This document shows positions 10,195-20,485 of a stretch of DNA of 64,000 nt, one piece after another. Within the stretch, counting starts at the first letter, position 1. Each line of letters starts with the position of its first letter. The position numbers were made by a program, and so were the translations under genes. The stretch covers positions 288,001 through 352,000 of the forward strand of contig JAHPZE010000001.1 in assembly GCA_019058365.1 (NCBI GenBank), in the 5' to 3' direction. The DNA is from Promethearchaeota archaeon (GTDB lineage Archaea; Asgardarchaeota; Lokiarchaeia; Sigyniarchaeales; SOKP01). Under the pieces are notes generated by a model. The model made no database searches and was not told the origin of the DNA. It saw only the letters and a program-made list of their open reading frames with translations.

Positions 10195-10369
10195 AGTGTG
10201 TATAATTTTTTATTCTCTGATCTTAAAGTGTGTATTATTATATTTAAATGTTGTGGATCACAAGTGTGTTTTGCAGATCGTGAAACCGCAAATATTGTGA
10301 GGAAAAGTGCTCTAACTATTTTTTGCTGGACTTCTTGAGATTGTGTATGCAAAAAATCAATACACACTT
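10195..10369. promoter_or_regulatory. Repeated AGTGTGT(A) motif and TGTGTAT-N11-ATACACA inverted repeat (candidate operators)
   Basis: Copies at 10195, 10227 and 10263; inverted pair 10342-10348/10360-10366; divergent intergenic region. Confidence 0.5.
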
Positions 10370-10585
10370 TTAAAAAAAATTGAAAATTTTTATTTCTTTT
10401 GTATAGCAAATTTAATTGAGTTATCGAAGAACCAGAGGAAAATATAAAATGTAATTATCCATTTAAGCTTTAAGCTTCAAAAGACCCTTTCATTATTTAA
10501 ATCAGTAAAAAAGTAATAGATTTAATGAATGAATTTATATAATATAATCAAATTCATTATAATTTAGAGGAATTTTATTGTTCTC

Positions 10586-11956
10586 ATGAAAAAAATATCT
10601 AAAGAAGATCTTTTAAGAAAATCCAGAATTCCTGGGATTAATGCAATCAAAATGCATAAGTTCTATAAAGGTAAAATACAGATACTTCCTCGTTGTCAAA
10701 TTCGAGACTATAGTGACTTTGCAATTTGGTATTCTCCAGGTGTATCTGCACCATCTAATGAAATTTTTAATGATGTGCAGAAAGTATATGATTATACTAA
10801 TAAATGGAACTCTATAGCGATTGTAAGTGATGGAACAAGAGTCTTAGGCCTTGGAGATATTGGTCCTGAAGCAGCTTTACCCGTAATGGAGGGTAAATCT
10901 ATGTTGTTCAAATATTTAGGTGGAGTTGATGCCATTCCTTTATGCATTAGTAAAGATCAATGTTGTGAGGCTAAACAAATTATCGAATTTGTTAAAATGA
11001 TTCAACCCACATTTGGAGGTATCAATTTAGAAGATATTGAGAAACCTAAATGTTTCTCTGTTTTAGATGGATTACGTACGGATCCAGAAGTGAAAATACC
11101 TGTATGGCATGATGATCAGCAAGGAACAGCTTGTGTAGTACTAGCAGGATTGATAAATTCATTACGAATTGTAGGAAAGAAAAAAGATGATGTGAAAATT
11201 GTCTTCAATGGAGTTGGTGCAGCAAATTTTGGAATATATCGATTATTAAAAGCAGATGGGTTTAATCTAAAAAAATTCTTGTTTGTTGATTCAAGAGGAA
11301 TTTTATATCAAGGAAGGTCCGATTTAGAAGATTCTAAAGATTATAAGTATGAATTAGTTGGTTTCAGTAATCCAGAACAATTGCAAGGAGATTGTGGTTC
11401 AGCAATGGAAGGAGCGGATATTCTTATATCTTCTAGTATTCCAGGTCCTAATGTTATTAAGAAGGAATGGATTTCGAAAATGGCTGATGACGCTATAATC
11501 TTCGTATTGGCTAACCCAATTCCTGAAATATTTCCGTGGGATGCATTAGAGGCTGGTGCTCGAATTGTAGGAACAGGACGATCAGATTTTCCAAATCAAG
11601 TAAATAATTCTCTGTGTTTTCCTGGAGTTTTTAGAGGAACCTTAGATGTATGTGCAAAAACTATTACTGATGAGATGTGTATTGCGGCTTCTTATGCTCT
11701 AGCAAATTTAGTAAATGAGATTAAAGGATGCTTAATAGAGACATGTATTCTTCCAACCATGGAATATGAAGAATTATTCATTAGAGAAGCCGTTGTTACA
11801 GGTTTGAAAGCAATTGAACAAGGAATAGCTCGTTTTAGGCTTTCAGAAGACGAATTATATTCAACAGCAAAGAAAATAATTGAAAATTCTCATTCGGAAT
11901 TAAAAATATTAATGAAAAAAGGATTGATACCAGAGTTCAATGATTATACCAAATAG
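10586..11956 (+). CDS. NAD(P)-dependent malic enzyme
   Basis: [58 protein letters not shown]. Confidence 0.95.
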   Translation: MKKISKEDLLRKSRIPGINAIKMHKFYKGKIQILPRCQIRDYSDFAIWYSPGVSAPSNEIFNDVQKVYDYTNKWNSIAIVSDGTRVLGLGDIGPEAALPVMEGKSMLFKYLGGVDAIPLCISKDQCCEAKQIIEFVKMIQPTFGGINLEDIEKPKCFSVLDGLRTDPEVKIPVWHDDQQGTACVVLAGLINSLRIVGKKKDDVKIVFNGVGAANFGIYRLLKADGFNLKKFLFVDSRGILYQGRSDLEDSKDYKYELVGFSNPEQLQGDCGSAMEGADILISSSIPGPNVIKKEWISKMADDAIIFVLANPIPEIFPWDALEAGARIVGTGRSDFPNQVNNSLCFPGVFRGTLDVCAKTITDEMCIAASYALANLVNEIKGCLIETCILPTMEYEELFIREAVVTGLKAIEQGIARFRLSEDELYSTAKKIIENSHSELKILMKKGLIPEFNDYTK

Positions 11957-12040
11957 AATTGGATCTTTAGGAAGAAGAAAATTAAAATAGTATGTAAAGA
12001 TTATATTCAATAAAAAGTTTAAAAGGAAATTATACTAAAT

Positions 12041-12259
12041 ATGGTAAACATAAAGAAATGGGAAGATAACGAACATTGGGTTGAAATTGATTTAGATTTA
12101 TGTGTAGGAGCTGAAGAATGTATAAATGTATGCCCTGTAGAAGTATATACACTTGTAGATGGTAAAGTTATAGCTGATAATATTGGTGAATGTACAGATT
12201 GCATGGCGTGTCAAGATGTATGTCCTACAAATGCAATTTTAGATCATTCTGCTTGGTAA
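12041..12259 (+). CDS. Dicluster ferredoxin
   Basis: CVGAEECINVCP (possibly [3Fe-4S]) and CTDCMACQDVCP. Confidence 0.9.
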   Translation: MVNIKKWEDNEHWVEIDLDLCVGAEECINVCPVEVYTLVDGKVIADNIGECTDCMACQDVCPTNAILDHSAW

Positions 12260-12475
12260 ATAATAAAAATTAAATTCATTATTTAAAAAGTAGTTAAGAA
12301 TCTGGAAAAGTCCTTTTGCTGTAGCGTTTTTTTAACGTGATAATCTCGAATTAAAATTTCAATATGATTAAAATCTGCTGTAAATTTTAGCTATAATGGT
12401 CTATTATATATTTGATGTAGAGAATAATATTTAATTAAAATAAGGTTTAAATAATTAACAAGCAGTAATTTACCT

Positions 12476-12772
12476 ATGGTAAAATTTAAAATAGTAATTA
12501 AAAGACATTGTTATTTCTGTGACTTATTAATTAAATGGCTATCTGATAAAAAGGTTGATTATCATATTTTAGATTATCAGGATCCCAAAGATTTTAATGA
12601 TCCATTGATGAAAAATCCAACTTTTAACAGTTTATATTGCGACATGAGTGCTTGTGTTGAAAGTCTTCCACTAATTGTAAAGAATAATAAGAAATTTTAT
12701 TATTCAGAAATATGGGATTTAATTAATAACTCTATAATAGAAGAAAAAGCACGAGAGATTTTTGAACTATAA
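12476..12772 (+). CDS. Glutaredoxin-like protein
   Basis: CYFC after the first strand; SLP cis-Pro motif; 98 aa. Confidence 0.7.
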   Translation: MVKFKIVIKRHCYFCDLLIKWLSDKKVDYHILDYQDPKDFNDPLMKNPTFNSLYCDMSACVESLPLIVKNNKKFYYSEIWDLINNSIIEEKAREIFEL

Positions 12773-13116
12773 TTTTTTTGTTTATCTTTAATTCCTTAGC
12801 AAAATATTCGAGAAATAAGAGATTAATTATCTGAAATTTTGTCCAAATATCTCCAAAATTTTATTAATATTAAAATAGGCTAGTAATTTTTCATTTTTCT
12901 TCATTCCGTTAAGTCTATTTTTAAATTATAGCGCTTATAAATAAAAACATTATATGGAGAATTATTGATAACTTAGGATTTACATATAATATTAAAAAGA
13001 TAGTTGTAAAAAAATACTTACACTTGATTATTCAAGATCCTCAGATAATCTATCAAGACAAAGAGAAGGATATTTTTTCTAGTATAATTAATATAACATA
13101 AAAAAAAAGTTGTAGT

Positions 13117-13449
13117 TTATCCCGCAGTACTTGCGGGAATTAAAAGAATATCATCTCCATTATTAACATCATAGTCTCTTAATGAACTGTTCTCATCCAT
13201 TGTAACTCCACCAGAGGATAAATGAAAATCATTCGGATCAAGTCCATATAAATTTCCTAATGTATGCTTAATATCATTTACATGATTACTGTCATTTACA
13301 GTTAATTTTTCTTTCTTTTCACCAGGACCAATAGTTGACATAAAATATAGGGTCAATTTTTTTCCTGCAGAAGGGGTTTTACTTGCAGGAGTTTTAGATT
13401 TTACGGGTTCATTTCCACCTAAATCTTCATCAAATTCATCAAAACTCAT
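13117..13449 (-). CDS. Ubiquitin-like (Ufm1-like) beta-grasp protein with acidic N-terminal extension
   Basis: SSLRDYDVNNGDDILLIP ubiquitin-fold signature; ends IPASTAG. Confidence 0.8.
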   Translation of the reverse strand: MSFDEFDEDLGGNEPVKSKTPASKTPSAGKKLTLYFMSTIGPGEKKEKLTVNDSNHVNDIKHTLGNLYGLDPNDFHLSSGGVTMDENSSLRDYDVNNGDDILLIPASTAG

Positions 13450-13649
13450 TCATATCACATCTATTTTTTTAATGTTTATATTTGTATTTTTATTTAGACT
13501 TAATATAATGGCATTAAAATGATATTATAAAACCCATTGGAATGATTTTGAAGGTTTAAATATCTCAAGCTCTTGAAACTATAAAAGAAAAACCTGATGA
13601 TGTTTATACTTTTTTTAAGGTTTTTGCTGACATCCTTATAAAACAAACT

Positions 13650-14063
13650 ATGTGGTCGCAAAGTACTAAAATGGAAATCATAGAGATTGAGCCTCATGAG
13701 AAATTATGGTCGAGTTTTCAGTTATTACCTATGTTTGGAGCTCAATTTAGTTTTACTGTAGCTTTTGAACTTTCTTATGATATTATTGAAGTGATGTATA
13801 ATTATAAATTAGCATTTTTGAAGAAAGTACCAATGAAGAAGTGGATGATGAAAATGGCTAAGAAAACTCTCAATCCATAAATGGTTGCTTTAATCATCAA
13901 GAGTTTGAACGAAGCTAAGAAGAAAATAAAAGAAGAACCAATTTCTGAAGAAGGTTAACCTTTTTCCACGGATTATCCTCTTAAATTGCTGAAAATGAAA
14001 ATGATTAATGGTGAAATTTCTGAGGAAGAATACCTTCCTAAAAAGAAGTAATTAGAAGATTAA
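13650..14063 (+). pseudogene. Degraded gene with C-terminal SHOCT domain
   Basis: One frame interrupted by TAA at 13878, 13956 and 14049; ends PLKLLKMKMINGEISEEEYLPKKK*LED. Confidence 0.6.
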
Positions 14064-14286
14064 AGCATAAAAGCTTTCCAAATACTAAATAGATAAAAAC
14101 TTTCTTCAAGTAAAGCTGATTTTTAATTTATGTTTAAATTAAATCTTTCCCATTGAATCATATTGTTTAAGAAATGTTGATGAAGTAATTATTCTTTTGT
14201 TGATTTAGATATCTTGTCTAAACTGTGTATTACGAATAATTATTTCAATTATTGGTGTTTTTAGACAACAGAACAGGATATCTTTA

Positions 14287-16917
14287 TTAAATTCTAATAA
14301 TAATGTAAAAAAAGTAGTAATATCCAAAATAATACAATGGAAGTGCGCCAAATAGAGTACCTATGAAATGAGTAAAAACAGCGGGATATATATTATTTTT
14401 CATAGAGAATAAATAAGTTAAGAAAAAATTTACTACACAAATATAGAAAAAGGTTGTAATTAAAATACTACTGACAGTATTAAGAACTGTAGATAAAGTT
14501 ATAAAATAGATAAAGTAATATAGAAAGAAAATACCACTATTTAAGAATAGAGACAATAATCTATTATATTTTGTAAGGAGGACTGAAAAGATGATTCCAC
14601 GAAATAAAAGTTCATTCCATAAAGCAAAAACAAAGCTTACAAATATTTTATAAACATCAGGAGGGATATTCTCATTAAAAGAGGTGATTGTTGGAAAGAC
14701 AAAAGTATAGAAATAGTGAAATAACAAAATGAACAAAATTCCAAAGATCCCTAACTTACAGATTTTTAATTTATTATTTCGTATATCTGATGTATCATAA
14801 GTAAGTCCTTTGAGATTAGGAACAAAATTTATTTTTATGAAATATAAAAATAACGTAGGAAATATGATATACCATAAGATAATTCGAAATTGATTGAATT
14901 CTCCCAGATTATATACATTGGATATACAATAACTTAGAATATTTAAGTAAAGATTTCCTAAAGAAACTAAAAAAAAATTCAGTATTAATAGTAAAGTAAT
15001 TGAACTCCATGGATACATAATAAAAAATTTGTATTTAGTACTTAATTGGTATATCTCTTTATCCAAAGATAAGTTATGTACCTTTTTCTCTTTAGATTTT
15101 CGAGTAGGAGAAAAGATGATTCTCTGAGTGTTGTCTGGAATTATTTGGTATACCTCTCTATCAAAAGATAATTTTAGAATCTTTTTATTTTTAGGTTTTC
15201 GAGTAAGTGAAAAGATAGTTTTAAAAAAAATTAATAGAATGAAATAGCAACCCAACATAACTAAAGTATAAATTGAAATGAAATGTAGCATTCCCCAATA
15301 GTTCAAGATCGTCCCCATTGATATAATTAAAATGGTTAGAATGTATTCTAAAATGTAAATACGAGCCCATTTACTCATTTTATATTCAAAGTTAACTGGT
15401 TCAAGAACGAATCGATATTTTGCTCTTCCAAAAAAGCATATTCGCATTTCAAACATTGAAATAAGAATAAACCATGCAAATGGCAATGAAACTAAAACAG
15501 TCAGAAGTAAAGCTATAAAATTTGGTTCAAACATATAAACAAGGTAAGGAGATATGACAGAAATTGTTTGAATTATTATGAAATACAAAAGTTTTGATTT
15601 AGCTTGATTTTTAGGTATTATTGGTAGTGATGAAAAGATAGGATCTCCACTTTCTTCTAAATTCATTAAGTTATATAATAACATACCACAAATAATAGGT
15701 TGAAAAGCCAAAATTACTGACCAAGTATAAATAAACTCTGTATTTAAGAGAGATTGCCCTTGTAACACTGTGAAATTAAATGTAAAAGTAAACACGAATG
15801 AAATGATAACCGGTGTTATAGCTGATAAGAAAATTTTGAGATTCCTAAAGGTTATTGAAAGATCCTTAATAAAGTGCGCGTAGGTGGGCTTTCTTATTTT
15901 AATGTTAATTTGAAGATGTTCTTGTATTAAATGCGAATTTTTATTTTTCTTTTGAATTTCATCACCTGAAAGGGTTATTTTCTTTAACCCTGATATTGCT
16001 TTAGTAAAAATCCAATAAGTAAATATTATAAATAGCCCCAAACCACATAAAACCCCTATCCAAAAATGGAAATTAAATTGAATGGGGATAGTGAGAAAAA
16101 CGATTAAATAACTTGATGATTGAAATGGAATAGTTGCAAGAATCAGATTTAAAATAGCAGAACTCTTTTGAACCAATGGAGATGTAAAAAAAGAATTCAT
16201 GGACGTTATTGCCCACTGCACAAAAATTAGGCTTCCAAAAAAAATTATAACAAAACCGAATATATTTATCAATCGTAGTATTGTTGTTTTTCTTGAATTT
16301 GCGTCGTTTATATCTATGATTCTATTTATTCGTTCTCCAAAAATTGTTAAAATAATAAAGGTAGTTGTACTTTGGAGCATTGAAATCCCTAAACAGATCA
16401 AAAAAATTATAAAATTCAAGGTTCCAATGAACATTGCTATTGGGAAACCAAGGGTTATCACTATTAATGGGAGATCAAAAGTTCGAAAAACACTAATAAT
16501 TTTTAATTTTTGTAATTCATTAGTAGAAATTGGTAAGGTTTTTAGCCAAGAGAATAGGCTATTTGACATAATTAAACCTGCTTCTATCATACCCATCAAA
16601 AAAACATTAAAAAATTGTAAAATAAAAAAAAATAAAAATAATAAACTACCACCAAGTACTGCTATTTCAATAGAATATCCATGAGTGATAACTCCATTTA
16701 TCATCTCAAAATATGTCATAAGTGGGATTGCAGGGAGAATTCCAAAAAAAACAGAATAGAATATTTTAGTAATTAGGATCTTTGCTTTTAGCAGGTTCTT
16801 CTTTTTATTATACTTTTTTAAAAGGTTTTCTGTGTTAGCACGTAATAATTCTTCTACAAAAATCTCTTGGTTCACAGATTTTGCTATTTTTATTAGATTT
16901 AACCTATCTTTTGACAT
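14287..16917 (-). CDS. ABC-2-permease-like membrane protein fused to a degenerate CPBP (CAAX protease) domain
   Basis: WLKTLPIS and FSSLPIIPK..AKSK permease repeats; C-terminal WNELLFRG...NIYPAVFTH. Confidence 0.65.
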   Translation of the reverse strand: MSKDRLNLIKIAKSVNQEIFVEELLRANTENLLKKYNKKKNLLKAKILITKIFYSVFFGILPAIPLMTYFEMINGVITHGYSIEIAVLGGSLLFLFFFILQFFNVFLMGMIEAGLIMSNSLFSWLKTLPISTNELQKLKIISVFRTFDLPLIVITLGFPIAMFIGTLNFIIFLICLGISMLQSTTTFIILTIFGERINRIIDINDANSRKTTILRLINIFGFVIIFFGSLIFVQWAITSMNSFFTSPLVQKSSAILNLILATIPFQSSSYLIVFLTIPIQFNFHFWIGVLCGLGLFIIFTYWIFTKAISGLKKITLSGDEIQKKNKNSHLIQEHLQINIKIRKPTYAHFIKDLSITFRNLKIFLSAITPVIISFVFTFTFNFTVLQGQSLLNTEFIYTWSVILAFQPIICGMLLYNLMNLEESGDPIFSSLPIIPKNQAKSKLLYFIIIQTISVISPYLVYMFEPNFIALLLTVLVSLPFAWFILISMFEMRICFFGRAKYRFVLEPVNFEYKMSKWARIYILEYILTILIISMGTILNYWGMLHFISIYTLVMLGCYFILLIFFKTIFSLTRKPKNKKILKLSFDREVYQIIPDNTQRIIFSPTRKSKEKKVHNLSLDKEIYQLSTKYKFFIMYPWSSITLLLILNFFLVSLGNLYLNILSYCISNVYNLGEFNQFRIILWYIIFPTLFLYFIKINFVPNLKGLTYDTSDIRNNKLKICKLGIFGILFILLFHYFYTFVFPTITSFNENIPPDVYKIFVSFVFALWNELLFRGIIFSVLLTKYNRLLSLFLNSGIFFLYYFIYFITLSTVLNTVSSILITTFFYICVVNFFLTYLFSMKNNIYPAVFTHFIGTLFGALPLYYFGYYYFFYIIIRI

Positions 16918-17160
16918 AATTATGTCTATTTTAGGATCCTAACCTTAATTCAGTGGATTTATTTAAATAATAGTTGCATTATTTCTTGATTCTAAGCAAG
17001 GGAAGAAAAATATTTATATTATTAAATTATGCCTAAAAATTTAAACATTATTTATAAGACCTTTATCATATCAAATATTTGTAAAATGCTATAAAAAAAA
17101 AGATACGAGATAGGTATAATAAAAAGCTTATTTTAAGTACTTTAAAGGTTTAAAAGAATT

Positions 17161-18165
17161 ATGAAAAAGTACATTTACTTTTTTAAGGGAATATTGCTTT
17201 TTTGTTTAATCATCTCAAGTATAATAGTTCTTTATTACTTCTATTATTATAATCAACGATATGAATGGTACTCTCTCGAGTTAAAAATTAATTGGATGTT
17301 CACTATAAGTTATTTTATCTTATTTTTTTACTTATTATTATTTTTAATAAATTTTCAAAATTACAATAAAATTTTTCTCGTAATAATATTAATTGGAGCT
17401 CCTTTATGGATCATACTTTATTTTTTAGAACTGTTTAAAATCGAATTTGGTTCTTTGGATTGGAATATTATTAGAGAAGCTGTTCCTATTATATGTTTTT
17501 CTATAATGTCCCCTGGACTAACCATAAATTTTATTAGATATATTAGATATAATTCGAATCAGGACATTAAAGGGAAAGTTTTTCGACATTACCATATTCA
17601 TGAAGGTTTTGTAGGTATTTTGTTTCTCGTTTTTGCTTTTTTTTTATGGATAATTCGAAATGTAATGGTCCAATATGAAATATTGAGGACCGAATTAAGA
17701 ATCTATCTAGCCATTGAGATGATTTTACTATTTTTATTCTTATTTAGTGGAAGTTTTTTAATTTTTAGGGATTGGAGAGATATAATTAAGTTTAAATTTA
17801 TTGAGAATCGAAAAAGAACCTATAATAGCAATATATCATCTATATTCCATCTAAATTCTCCAGAATCTGCACAGTTTTTTAAGTCACCAAGAGTATTATT
17901 GTATCCTTTTGGGATCTTTCTTAATAGCTTTTCCGTCAGCTTGTTTATACATGGAACAGATTTCTTTCCGGTACTGATTTTTCACCTCAATCATGAAACT
18001 CTTGTTTTAATAGGGGTTATTCTTTGTTTTATTGCAGGAGGAATGCTTGGAATAGATTGGTATCGTGTATTCGCTAAATTTTACCCAGACTTATACCAAG
18101 AATTTGAGCAAATTTTAAATGATTTAAGAAAACATGATGATTCAAATGGAAGTTCGTATAAATGA
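17161..18165 (+). CDS. Hypothetical membrane protein
   Basis: 334 aa, many TM segments, HYHIHEG motif. Confidence 0.7.
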   Translation: MKKYIYFFKGILLFCLIISSIIVLYYFYYYNQRYEWYSLELKINWMFTISYFILFFYLLLFLINFQNYNKIFLVIILIGAPLWIILYFLELFKIEFGSLDWNIIREAVPIICFSIMSPGLTINFIRYIRYNSNQDIKGKVFRHYHIHEGFVGILFLVFAFFLWIIRNVMVQYEILRTELRIYLAIEMILLFLFLFSGSFLIFRDWRDIIKFKFIENRKRTYNSNISSIFHLNSPESAQFFKSPRVLLYPFGIFLNSFSVSLFIHGTDFFPVLIFHLNHETLVLIGVILCFIAGGMLGIDWYRVFAKFYPDLYQEFEQILNDLRKHDDSNGSSYK

Positions 18166-18235
18166 ACGCTTAAATAGTTTTTTTCATATATTTATTACAA
18201 ATTTAAAAATAAAGTAGATTTGGAATCTTTCTTAA

Positions 18236-18466
18236 GTGATAAAATTGAAGAAAAAAGTTGAGTTAGATTTAATCTTAGGCGTTTTTTTATTTTCATTTGG
18301 ATTAATTTCTATTGTTTACAGTGTTTTTGCATTGATTATTAATTTATTTTTTATACGTTTAGCAAGTATCATTCTCATTAAAGATATATTTTTTGAGATT
18401 GTGTTTGTACTTCTTGGTTTTCTTCTAATTAGAAAGAAAAAGATGAAAAATTTTCTTGTTCATTAA
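18236..18466 (+). CDS. Small 2-TM hypothetical protein
   Basis: 76 aa, two hydrophobic helices with basic ends. Confidence 0.5.
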   Translation: MIKLKKKVELDLILGVFLFSFGLISIVYSVFALIINLFFIRLASIILIKDIFFEIVFVLLGFLLIRKKKMKNFLVH

Positions 18467-18543
18467 ATTAAAAGCAATCTTCACTAGTTTAATTATCTAA
18501 AAGAAGATATACAAAATTTTATTAATTCTTTTGGTTTTTAATT

Positions 18544-19323
18544 TCAATAAGAATTTGGGTCAAATCCAAACAATTTATCTTCGATTTTATTCTTAATTTC
18601 TTTTGATACATTATTTACAATATCTTCATCAATATTTTCTAAATATTCATTAAGGGTTTTTTCAATGATTGGTTCGATTTGGCTTGAAAATACATTCAAT
18701 ATTTCATGTTTCTTTAGGTATGAATCACTATACGTTTGTAAATGGCTTTTATTTAACTTTTTTAACCATGCTTTTCCCTTGTTTTCTAACATACTAAGAA
18801 TTTTCCTAGATCTTGCGGCATTAAAATGAGTAAACTCAAATTCAAATTTTATGATCTTATCTTCAAAGTATTCTATAATTTGTTTTTTTTCTTTTAAACT
18901 TAAGTCTGTTTTAGAATTGAGAAAAAAAATAATCATATATTTATTAAATAAAAAAAAAATTTGAACCTTAATATTTGAACCATGTATTTCTAAATTCGAT
19001 AAATTTTGGATGTTTGTTTGACCTGCAAAAGTACTAAATGAACTAAAATACATTGATATTAAGTCAATTTCTAAAAGGCTTTTCTGATGTTCAGATAAAT
19101 ATGATTTTATAGGTCCATAATTATCCTCATTTTTATAATCATATTCAAATACCATTAGAGTATTTCCATGTTGATCTGCTATTAAACATCCAAATATTGG
19201 GGGAATTTTGTTAAAATTACAAGAAATATATGCACTTTCAATTAACATATTTTCTAGATTATTTTTAGAATTCTCATTATTGTTGTCTACTCTCAAGCAA
19301 AAATTATTTTGACTAGATACCAT
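18544..19323 (-). CDS. Longin/roadblock-like domain protein
   Basis: IFGCLIADQHGNTL...LISMYFSSFSTFAGQ...LEIHGSNIKV longin-like pattern. Confidence 0.6.
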   Translation of the reverse strand: MVSSQNNFCLRVDNNNENSKNNLENMLIESAYISCNFNKIPPIFGCLIADQHGNTLMVFEYDYKNEDNYGPIKSYLSEHQKSLLEIDLISMYFSSFSTFAGQTNIQNLSNLEIHGSNIKVQIFFLFNKYMIIFFLNSKTDLSLKEKKQIIEYFEDKIIKFEFEFTHFNAARSRKILSMLENKGKAWLKKLNKSHLQTYSDSYLKKHEILNVFSSQIEPIIEKTLNEYLENIDEDIVNNVSKEIKNKIEDKLFGFDPNSY

Positions 19324-19495
19324 TAATTTAGCCTTAATTATTAATATGAATAAAAATCAAGCATAAACAATTAAAAACACAAATCTCTTTAAAAATGTAA
19401 AAGAGATTACTTATTTTTAAAAAAAGTAAAATTCATCATTTATTAGAAAATTAAAATAATCTATGTACTAACACATTACAGAGAGGAGGATAGGT

Positions 19496-20455
19496 ATGTA
19501 TGGGGAAATAATGGCGATTCTTACAGGAATCTCTTTTGCACTTTCATTTGTATTAGCTAGAAAGATAGAAAACGAAGCAACACCGATTTTTCAGAATACA
19601 ATACGATCAATAGTAGGATTTATAACATTTCTAATAATATGTTTATCTTTTGGTATTTTTCTTGAGATATTTTCATTATCTATTATGCTCATATTAATTT
19701 TAGTGATAAGTATTTCATTTACGGTTATTTTAGGAGATACTGCTTATCTTCAATCACAAAAGATTTTAGGACCCGCTAAAGCTCTTGCTCTGACTACTAC
19801 AACTCCATTCTTTACAATTTTATTTGCTTTTTTCTTTTTAAAACGCTTAATATCAATTCAAATGATTTTTTCGGGGATATTAATTGGAATAGGAGTAATA
19901 ATAATAACAAGAGGGGAAAGTAATAATCTCAATAATAGAGATCCTTTTTTTTTTCAATCTCAACAGTATAATAATCAAAGGGATTTAAATAAAACTCATC
20001 TTCCCAAGACGATCAAAGGAACGCTTTTAGCTCTAATTACAGCAATCTCTTGGGCTATTGGAATTGCTTTAACAGATTATTCAATTAATCAAGTCGATTA
20101 CATATTGAATTTAGGAATATTAAGTACAATGATAGCTATGATGGTAAGGTTTCTATTTGCTTCTATTTCATTGAGTATAATTGCAGTAATAGAGGGAACA
20201 AGAACACCGATACCTAAGAATCGAAATACTTGGATCATTCTACTCATTTCTGCTATACTGAGTTATTCAATAGGGAGTATATTTTTCGGAGAAGCTGTTC
20301 ATATAGCTGGGGCAACTTTTATGTCTCTTATCTCCACAGCAATGCCATTATTTACAATCCCCTTCTCTTATGCAATAAATAAAGAAAAAATTTCAATGAA
20401 AGGATTTTCAGGAGTAATAATAACATTAATTGGTGTTCTATTACTTTTTATATAA
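19496..20455 (+). CDS. EamA/DMT family transporter
   Basis: Two EamA repeats; LGPAKA, PLFTIPFSYAINKEK. Confidence 0.9.
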   Translation: MYGEIMAILTGISFALSFVLARKIENEATPIFQNTIRSIVGFITFLIICLSFGIFLEIFSLSIMLILILVISISFTVILGDTAYLQSQKILGPAKALALTTTTPFFTILFAFFFLKRLISIQMIFSGILIGIGVIIITRGESNNLNNRDPFFFQSQQYNNQRDLNKTHLPKTIKGTLLALITAISWAIGIALTDYSINQVDYILNLGILSTMIAMMVRFLFASISLSIIAVIEGTRTPIPKNRNTWIILLISAILSYSIGSIFFGEAVHIAGATFMSLISTAMPLFTIPFSYAINKEKISMKGFSGVIITLIGVLLLFI

Positions 20456-20485
20456 AAAAATTAAAAATAAAAAAAAATAGTTAAT

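Noticed and set aside
10182-10409. 75-aa minus-strand ORF
   Set aside because: TTG start, no RBS and no recognisable motif; it overlaps the repeat-rich promoter region.
13650-14063. Three in-frame TAA codons as possible stop-codon recoding
   Set aside because: TAA is the usual stop throughout the window and the upstream part is also broken. This is ordinary decay.
19382-19408. AATCTCTTT-N9-AAAGAGATT inverted repeat (similar ones at 10528 and 23944)
   Set aside because: Single AT-rich palindromes are plausible by chance and have no supporting copy.
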